This document shows, in pieces, positions 32,244 to 38,628 of a DNA stretch of 64,000 bases. The DNA comes from an uncultured Clostridia bacterium. GTDB lineage: Bacteria > Bacillota > Clostridia > Oscillospirales > CAG-272. Both the position numbers and the translations under genes were made by a program. The notes under the pieces were generated by a model. That model saw only the letters and a list, made by a program, of their open reading frames with translations. It was not told the origin of the DNA and made no database searches. The DNA is taken from positions 7,257-71,256 of the forward strand of contig CAJGCM010000001.1 in NCBI GenBank assembly GCA_904501765.1, written 5' to 3'. Position 1 is the stretch's first letter, and each line of letters opens with the position of its first letter.

Positions 32244-32278
32244 TTCCTTCTCATAATACAATATGTTTCTCACGCGGA
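32244..32278 (-). promoter_or_regulatory. Conserved promoter-like motif with no credible ORF behind it
   Basis: Minus strand: TCCGCGTGAGAAACATATTGTATTATGAGAAGGAA. Roughly 70-90 nt follow, ending in a short hairpin and CCCTTTTCGTTTTATTT. Confidence 0.6.
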
Positions 32279-32337
32279 CTCAGGGCATATTAATCGATAA
32301 AACGAAAAGGCCCAGCATTTAAGCCGGACCTACTCCG

Positions 32338-32640
32338 TTAAAGAGTCTTAATAGTTGCGAGTTTGTCACTAGCAAACATTTCTCCTTGTACGATCTCGAT
32401 GACCGCTCGGTAATAATCGCTTCCAGCATCGCGTTTCATTGCTGCTACACATGCACGTTTATCGCTGGCAAACATACCGGTGTTCATAATCGCCCGCACG
32501 GCGTCGTAATATCCTACTGTGCGGCAACTATTCTCACTTACATACGTCACCTTCGTAACGCGCGGTAGCGATAGAAATGCTCCGACTAGCGCAATTTTAC
32601 CAATAGTCCCGAATACACGTTTAACTGTTTCGTTGTTCAT
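32338..32640 (-). CDS. Hypothetical protein (100 aa) with internal duplication
   Basis: N-terminal hydrophobic segment. Two copies of YY(D/R)AV..I....MFASDK(R/L)A. Confidence 0.55.
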   Translation of the reverse strand: MNNETVKRVFGTIGKIALVGAFLSLPRVTKVTYVSENSCRTVGYYDAVRAIMNTGMFASDKRACVAAMKRDAGSDYYRAVIEIVQGEMFASDKLATIKTL

Positions 32641-32663
32641 AATAACAACCTCCCAATAATATT

Positions 32664-32696
32664 CTCTTCCATAATAGACGTTGTTTGTGTGACGAC
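32664..32696 (-). promoter_or_regulatory. Conserved promoter-like motif
   Basis: Minus strand: GTCGTCACACAAACAACGTCTATTATGGAAGAG. Confidence 0.6.
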
Positions 32697-32720
32697 TGGT
32701 TTCGTTATCCTCGGTATCTC

Positions 32721-32753
32721 AAGAAGAAAAAGAAGAGTCCATGTATCGGACTC
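32721..32753 (-). terminator. Intrinsic terminator
   Basis: Minus strand: GAGTCC-gatacat-GGACTC-TTCTTTTTCTTCTT. Confidence 0.6.
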
Positions 32754-32756
32754 AAC

Positions 32757-32963
32757 CTAACCTTCGAAGAATAGGACTACGTCCACAGGGCTTTTAAACT
32801 CCTGTTTCTCGATAAATCCCTTAAATACTTCATACTTATCAGGTTCATTTTCCTCAATATACATGATCTCATCTAATAAACGTCCGTAAAACCCTTGAGA
32901 ATACGATAACATCTCAATTACTTCAACTACTTCTTCAATGTCATAGCCTTTCTTAACTTCCAT
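32757..32963 (-). CDS. Small acidic hypothetical protein (68 aa)
   Basis: MEVKKGYDIEEVVEVIEMLSYSQGFYGRLL... AAGGAGG upstream. Own promoter motif. Confidence 0.55.
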   Translation of the reverse strand: MEVKKGYDIEEVVEVIEMLSYSQGFYGRLLDEIMYIEENEPDKYEVFKGFIEKQEFKSPVDVVLFFEG

Positions 32964-32984
32964 GTTAAACGCCTCCTTATAGGT

Positions 32985-33020
32985 TTTCCTTCCATAATAG
33001 GGGCTGTTTCTGAGACGAAA
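32985..33020 (-). promoter_or_regulatory. Conserved promoter-like motif (near-consensus copy)
   Basis: Minus strand: TTTCGTCTCAGAAACAGCCCCTATTATGGAAGGAAA. Confidence 0.65.
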
Positions 33021-33035
33021 AGGATAAAGGGCATG

Positions 33036-33149
33036 TTAAGACCCCCTATCCTTACTCTTAATCGTTTTTATGAGTGTCACGATCCCAGTGAGCAATGCTC
33101 CGATTACACTAAATGCTACTCCAAGTATGCTCAAAACATATACTAACAA
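33036..33149 (-). CDS. Candidate 37-aa hydrophobic peptide (TTG start)
   Basis: Own translation: (M)LVYVLSILGVAFSVIGALLTGIVTLIKTIKSKDRGS. GAGGAGG 9 nt upstream of TTG 33149. Confidence 0.35.
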   Translation of the reverse strand: MLVYVLSILGVAFSVIGALLTGIVTLIKTIKSKDRGS

Positions 33150-33156
33150 AGTCGTT

Positions 33157-33193
33157 CACCTCCTCATAAAACGAGGTGTTTTGGATGCGAATT
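33157..33193 (-). promoter_or_regulatory. Conserved promoter-like motif
   Basis: Minus strand: AATTCGCATCCAAAACACCTCGTTTTATGAGGAGGTG. Confidence 0.5.
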
Positions 33194-33315
33194 CTGGATT
33201 ACCGTTCTCAGTCTCTGCGAGTCCTCAATTAGAAAAAAGAAAAGAGAATGCAGGTAGCGGCCCAACGGTACCGAACTCTACCAATCCGAATTTCTTCAGA
33301 TTCCGTATAATACAT

Positions 33316-33350
33316 TCTCTCTCCATAATACGGCATGTTTTTAATGCGTA
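33316..33350 (-). promoter_or_regulatory. Conserved promoter-like motif with only a 28-codon ORF behind it
   Basis: Minus strand: TACGCATTAAAAACATGCCGTATTATGGAGAGAGA. Downstream lies a GGTAG...CTACC hairpin followed by TGCATTCTCTTTTCTTTTTTC. Confidence 0.6.
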
Positions 33351-33389
33351 AGTACGGGGCAGGCCCGAAGACCCGCCCCGTACGTTCAC

Positions 33390-33650
33390 TTACTCACACT
33401 TAGGCGTATCGTAAGTCATGGCCAGACCACTGTCCTTCATGCCGGCAGTAGTCGGATCGTTTACAATACCCAGGATAGCCAGGAAGCCGAACACTGCGTT
33501 CACGACTGCCAGCAGCTTGGTACCCAGGTCACCGAGATCCAGCTCAAAGCCAAATACGGCTGCCACCACCTGAATCAGCAGCAACAGCGCAGGGATGGCG
33601 GTGAGCCAGAAATTAATGTTCTTGACACGTACCTTCCAGTTAATACCCAT
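33390..33650 (-). CDS. Holin (phi LC3 / LL-H-type family)
   Basis: MGINWKVRVKNINFWLTAIPALLLLIQVV ... GIVNDPTTAGMKDSGLAMTYDTP matches the remembered phi-LC3 holin family pattern. Two TM helices. Confidence 0.8.
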   Translation of the reverse strand: MGINWKVRVKNINFWLTAIPALLLLIQVVAAVFGFELDLGDLGTKLLAVVNAVFGFLAILGIVNDPTTAGMKDSGLAMTYDTPKCE

Positions 33651-33672
33651 TTTGAATTCTCCTCTCTAGTTG

Positions 33673-33999
33673 TTAATCTTTGATAGGTAACGCCTGAATC
33701 TCATCTTCCATATGATCGATCATACCGTTACCGCCGAGATCTTTATATGCTTTATACATCAACAGACCGCTTTCGAGAGCGTGGGATGTAATGTAACCCT
33801 TCGCCACCCAAATCTCATGCTCGTCCATAAGATGTTTGCGCAAGATACAAACAACGCCGTTCTCGATTGCGGTGTCGTGCTTACACTGTTTTTCATCTTT
33901 TTCTTTTTTCAACCGGATGTTTTCTCTAATGACCGATTGTAAAACGAATGCTAGCACCGCCGAGACAACTGATGTTGCTATTGCGAGTATTGTGCTCAT
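33673..33999 (-). CDS. Membrane-anchored protein next to the holin (possible holin partner)
   Basis: N-terminal TM ILAIATSVVSAVLAFVLQSVI followed by a charged helical region. Confidence 0.5.
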   Translation of the reverse strand: MSTILAIATSVVSAVLAFVLQSVIRENIRLKKEKDEKQCKHDTAIENGVVCILRKHLMDEHEIWVAKGYITSHALESGLLMYKAYKDLGGNGMIDHMEDEIQALPIKD

Positions 34000-34013
34000 T
34001 GGAATCTACTCCT

Positions 34014-35924
34014 TTAATCAACTAAGAATGTGCATTGGAATGGTATCCATACCGAATCGGAGGCTGCGATAGAGGCATCGCCGTTACGATATCGAGTAAA
34101 TCCGACATCGCCGTTATTGTCCACACGCATCAACCATACGCAGCAACCGCTGCCCTGACACAGTGTGAACACGGAGGAACTTGGACGATAACCGTTTGGT
34201 AGCGTAAATATAGTTGTATAGTCTGTACTGTACGCTATCTCCTTAAGAGGTTTAACAGTTCCTCGGATTTCCACCGTATTTCCAACGCGTCTATACTTAG
34301 GTGCTTCGGAACCGCTAGCATAATAGTTTGTGAAGTTACCAAGCGCGGTTAGATCGGCATTATGCCAACCTCCGTACCATTTCTGATTGTCGTCCTGCCA
34401 AGAGGACCCATAATAAGTACGTTCATACATCTGTCGTTTTGTTTTGTCGCACAGATATAACCGCTGGATACGCTGACCGTTCGGGCCTGCTGGTATGACT
34501 TCTAGAGTAAATGTGCCGTTTGTTATCGGACAGTTTTGATAGTTGTATGTACTTACATTTTCACCTGAGTAGATATTCGGAGCAAGTACCGTATTCAAAT
34601 CGGTACCGGCTGGTAAAACCGGATACTCAAAGCCTTGATTAGGTACTATTTTGAAGGCGAAATCCGCAATACCATCAGTCTCGGCTGCTTTACCGAATGC
34701 GATACCAGTACCGCCTTTGCGCAAATCCATAACATATTTGGCGCCGGGGAGGATCTTACGTACTGTTGTTTGGCCATTACTATCTTTAACAGTAACGCTG
34801 ACCGTGTACGTAGTATCAGCGCTCAATGAGCCGCCGATATACTCAACGATGATGCCGTTTTTGCCAGCTATGCTTAAAGTTTTTTCCGCGATAATAGTAT
34901 TAGCGGCCGTACACTTAATAACCGCACCGGTTGCGTCAAGAAACGTAGACCAGTTGAAATATACTCGCGCATATGTACCGGCGTCCGATTGCGTATACGT
35001 ACCAGTGTCTGGATCATAGCTGCGTCTAGATACCGTAAGATTACTAATCGTCGGATTTTTGTACGCCAACTGCCACACCGCATAGAGTGTAGCACCAGAG
35101 TTGGCTGTATAACTTCCACCTGCGGAATAAGTAGCAGACGTTGCCGTAGCCGATGTAGACCAACCTAAGAAGGTATAATTCGTACGAGTCGGCTTGGTAC
35201 CAGATAACGTTAGGGTTTTACCGTATGTTTTTGTCTGATCGGCCGGGGCTCCACTACCACCGTTAGCATCAAACTTGATGGCGTAAGTGTTTGCCTTCCA
35301 TACGGCATATAGCGTGAGGGCGGCGTTGGTGCTATAGCTATCACCAGGATCGTAACTACCATTAGCTGAGGTAGCAGATGAGGATGTCGCCCAGCCTAGG
35401 AATGAGTGACCGGTGCGAGTAGGTTTGGTAGTAGATAACTTAAGCGCGGTGCCATACCACTTGGTCTGTGAACCAGGAGCTCCACTGCCGCCGTTTGCGT
35501 TATAAGTTACCGTATATGACGGAAGCTTAGGAATGGTAAACGTAGTACTGGCATACATAGTGCCGCCAACCCTATCGACATTGGTCAGTTTGGCGTACAA
35601 GTATCTAGTTACCGCAGAGGTACCTCGATTATACGTGTAGGAATAGCTTTTTAACTTTTTCTGATTCGATTCGGACCAACCGCTACCGGAGTCGTTAGTC
35701 GTGCTGATTGAAACGCTTCCTTGACTGGTTGACGCACTGCCGGAGGACGATCGATTATCGTAATACAGGGTGTTTCCACTATCGCTAACTGAGTACTTTG
35801 ACCAGAACCAAATTTCGACATTGACTGTAGTTTTGTCATTCGTGCTAGTTAGGCTTCGGTATATGCCGATCTTACCGTAACTACCTACGGTACTACCCCA
35901 TACAATTCCACTAGGTGCTGCCAT
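34014..35924 (-). CDS. Tail fibre / receptor-binding protein with Listeria-Bacteroides (Flg_new-type) repeats
   Basis: Two tandem ~73-aa repeats: Y(T/A)(V/I).(Y/F)(N/D)ANGGSGAP..QTK.YG..L.LS.TKPTRT...FLGW(A/S)TS..ATSA ... LYAVW. Last large gene of the tail module. Confidence 0.75.
   Translation of the reverse strand: MAAPSGIVWGSTVGSYGKIGIYRSLTSTNDKTTVNVEIWFWSKYSVSDSGNTLYYDNRSSSGSASTSQGSVSISTTNDSGSGWSESNQKKLKSYSYTYNRGTSAVTRYLYAKLTNVDRVGGTMYASTTFTIPKLPSYTVTYNANGGSGAPGSQTKWYGTALKLSTTKPTRTGHSFLGWATSSSATSANGSYDPGDSYSTNAALTLYAVWKANTYAIKFDANGGSGAPADQTKTYGKTLTLSGTKPTRTNYTFLGWSTSATATSATYSAGGSYTANSGATLYAVWQLAYKNPTISNLTVSRRSYDPDTGTYTQSDAGTYARVYFNWSTFLDATGAVIKCTAANTIIAEKTLSIAGKNGIIVEYIGGSLSADTTYTVSVTVKDSNGQTTVRKILPGAKYVMDLRKGGTGIAFGKAAETDGIADFAFKIVPNQGFEYPVLPAGTDLNTVLAPNIYSGENVSTYNYQNCPITNGTFTLEVIPAGPNGQRIQRLYLCDKTKRQMYERTYYGSSWQDDNQKWYGGWHNADLTALGNFTNYYASGSEAPKYRRVGNTVEIRGTVKPLKEIAYSTDYTTIFTLPNGYRPSSSVFTLCQGSGCCVWLMRVDNNGDVGFTRYRNGDASIAASDSVWIPFQCTFLVD
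35073..35516. repeat. Tandem duplication encoding the two Flg_new-type repeats
   Basis: Protein residues 137-209 and 213-284 of the fibre are clearly homologous. Confidence 0.7.
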
Positions 35925-37549
35925 TACTCAGTCACCTCCTCTGCTTCAACCCAAATGATACCCATATTGCCGTTTTCCCTTTCTCTCCATACGAATTGGC
36001 CGAAGTAAAGCTCATCTTCGACTACTGCTTTCTTTATACGGAGAGCCTGGTTTGTTATGTATGCGGGGGCGTCATCCCCGTCCATGAACAGAATGCGAGT
36101 GTTGGTGATGATCAACTTAAAGTTGCTGTCTTTCTCGCCAAGCTCTATACACGGCTCCTCGGTACCTTGCTCGTTTTTATAAGTTCCTATTTTGACGTAT
36201 TCACCGATATTACCCAGGTCTGCAAGCGATCTATTTGTACCGTTGAGTGCGTACATGATGCTCTTGGCAGAAATGGCGAGACTATATGTGCCGTCTTCAT
36301 TCTTAACGTATCTAATATAGTTCTCGTTGTCTCCGATATTAACCTGACCATCTGTATCGAAGTAAATGCCTCTGGTGGAGTTGTTCTCACTGTCTTTTAC
36401 TTCCGAATAGATAGAATTATCGGTAATGCGAAATCCACCAATAGTAGCGCCGAATGCTACCAAATCCTTGACGTCTATTTGCTCTGCGACAATAGATTTA
36501 GCCGTAATAACACTACCATTGAGGCTGTTATACTCGGTCTGAGTCATTTTAACGTCAGTCGTAACAGCGTCTACTGTGTAATACAGGTCATCAATAATCG
36601 TATAGTACTTTTGTACTCCGCTATCGTCATAGTAGTATACTTCGGTTCCCGTTGTTGTAGTTACATCTCGCATGAGGGTACCGTCTACAGCTTCGATAGT
36701 TGTTTCGGTTTTCTCGTATTTAACCTCAAACGAGTCTTTTGTTACACCTTGCGTGTTGAGCTTGTAATAGAGACCGTCGTCTCCCTTGACCACAAGCTTG
36801 TCTGCAACGATAGTGCCGCCTTCAATAAGGTCACCGATTATGGTAACACCTACGAGTTGGCCTGTTACAGTACTGTCACCAACAACAAGGTCTTTGATGA
36901 GGCCAGTATCGGAGAACAGTCTTTTGATAGCAGCCTCGTCGATATTAGCGAAACTAATGTTGGCGTATTTGGCCGCTAGATTAGTAATCGAACCGTCTTC
37001 TGCAGTAAGGTCCTTTATGACAGCGTTCTTGATAGTAGCATTATCAGTTTCAAGATTGCCGATCTTAGCGTTAGCAGCCTCTAAATCTTCGACGCTAGCT
37101 TTGTTGGCTTCCAGATCACCTACCTTGGCATTAGTAGCCTCAAGCTCCTCGACGGCAGCTTTCTTAGCTATTAGTTCGCCAATCTCAGCGGTTGCAGCAT
37201 CCAACTTCTTGATAGTGGCATAATCAGCAACAACGGTGTTAAACTCACCTCTAACCGCTTGCTTAACCTCTTCGTCTTTCTTATCCACGGTTTCAAGTCG
37301 GGCTGAGGGTGACGTTGTGTTGCCGGTAGCGGTGGCGACATGATCTTTGATCGTTACTGTAACACGGTCGCCAGGTTGCATTTCGGTGGTGGTTGCTACA
37401 GGAGTAAGTAGCTCGGAACCATCCATTTTGACGTAAGTGGTACCGTCATGCACAACGACAGTACCAGTTATGGTGGAAGCTTTGGATTTTTTGTCTTTAT
37501 CGTTAGTGATCTTCACAAACTGCGAAATCAGATCAGTCGTTAAAGCCAT
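35924..37549 (-). CDS. Tail fibre / baseplate protein with coiled-coil stalk
   Basis: Heptad-like EELEATNAKVGDLEANKASVEDLEAANAKIGNLETDNATIKN stalk, then a beta-rich C-terminal part. Lies in the tail module. Confidence 0.6.
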   Translation of the reverse strand: MALTTDLISQFVKITNDKDKKSKASTITGTVVVHDGTTYVKMDGSELLTPVATTTEMQPGDRVTVTIKDHVATATGNTTSPSARLETVDKKDEEVKQAVRGEFNTVVADYATIKKLDAATAEIGELIAKKAAVEELEATNAKVGDLEANKASVEDLEAANAKIGNLETDNATIKNAVIKDLTAEDGSITNLAAKYANISFANIDEAAIKRLFSDTGLIKDLVVGDSTVTGQLVGVTIIGDLIEGGTIVADKLVVKGDDGLYYKLNTQGVTKDSFEVKYEKTETTIEAVDGTLMRDVTTTTGTEVYYYDDSGVQKYYTIIDDLYYTVDAVTTDVKMTQTEYNSLNGSVITAKSIVAEQIDVKDLVAFGATIGGFRITDNSIYSEVKDSENNSTRGIYFDTDGQVNIGDNENYIRYVKNEDGTYSLAISAKSIMYALNGTNRSLADLGNIGEYVKIGTYKNEQGTEEPCIELGEKDSNFKLIITNTRILFMDGDDAPAYITNQALRIKKAVVEDELYFGQFVWRERENGNMGIIWVEAEEVTE

Positions 37550-37555
37550 ACCGCA

Positions 37556-38626
37556 TCACCTCCATAATTTATTAACGAATACTGCGGTCTCCGAGACTTT
37601 ACATTCCGGAGTGCAGTCTATTGTCTGACTTATAACTTTTGCTTTTACCCCATCGATGTCTGAGCGTTTGTAGTTGAGTCGCACGCCGTCTCGTAATCTC
37701 ACAGGACAGTACCCATGTGAATAACTGAGCGTATATGTCAGCGTAGACATGCTCTTAAGTAGCTTCTCGGCATACTCTTGGACTTGAGGTGCCAGTTGCT
37801 TATCGTCAGGATTACCTGAGATGCTAGGGTTGGGGTCTCTGTGTGTAATCTCTCTACCACGCCCGATAGTTGATACGGGGCTGTTAGGGTCATCGTTTAC
37901 GACTCTAGCGGAGTGGGCTCCAGCACCACCAGAATACGTAACTTCCACGACGTTGGGGACTTTGTACAAATCATGGTCTACAGTAATATCCGGATACAGG
38001 ATAGAACTGTTATCATCGCTGTATGTCCACACAGGCTGCAGAGCATCGATGTCCTGCTTGGGAGAGAATAGGATTCGCCCTTCTTCATCCAAATCAAACT
38101 CATACTCGGCCAAAGCTATCAGATCGATTAGAAACGATAGCCAGGTATCGTCGGTATTAGCAACGAAATCATGCGGGAGCACCTTGTCGCAAGTAGCTCT
38201 CACGACAGGGGCTCTAGCATGCTCTCGAACTAGCTCGTAAGCTTTGTCCATAATATTCTCGCCCTCCCTCAGAAAATATCCGAGAGGTGGGGGATTTTCT
38301 TTAAGCTCCAAAAGAGGAGTATAGGCGTCGACGGTAACATCACGAATGCGTCCATCGAACTTTGAAGACGGTGTTTGGAGTAAGAAAGTGCCCAACGGAC
38401 GTTTCTCTCTTACTCCATTTTGAACCGTAATCATGTAGATTCGAACGTAGGCTTCACCGACTGATTCAGTGATGGCGAAGGACGCAGATCCGAGTGTTTC
38501 TGCCGAAGCATCCCAACTAATGGAGCTGGACGTGACAGTATCAAGTCTCTCGACATCCTGCCAGGTTCCAGGGTCTACGGTGTAATATTCGTATGTTCTC
38601 TGCGCGGTTTTCGCCCAATCAGCCAC
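37556..38626 (-). CDS. Tail-associated (Tal / baseplate hub-like) protein
   Basis: Second gene after the tape measure. ~356 aa, the size and position typical of a siphovirus Tal N-terminal module. No catalytic motif seen. Confidence 0.5.
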   Translation of the reverse strand: MADWAKTAQRTYEYYTVDPGTWQDVERLDTVTSSSISWDASAETLGSASFAITESVGEAYVRIYMITVQNGVREKRPLGTFLLQTPSSKFDGRIRDVTVDAYTPLLELKENPPPLGYFLREGENIMDKAYELVREHARAPVVRATCDKVLPHDFVANTDDTWLSFLIDLIALAEYEFDLDEEGRILFSPKQDIDALQPVWTYSDDNSSILYPDITVDHDLYKVPNVVEVTYSGGAGAHSARVVNDDPNSPVSTIGRGREITHRDPNPSISGNPDDKQLAPQVQEYAEKLLKSMSTLTYTLSYSHGYCPVRLRDGVRLNYKRSDIDGVKAKVISQTIDCTPECKVSETAVFVNKLWR

Positions 38627-38628
38627 GG

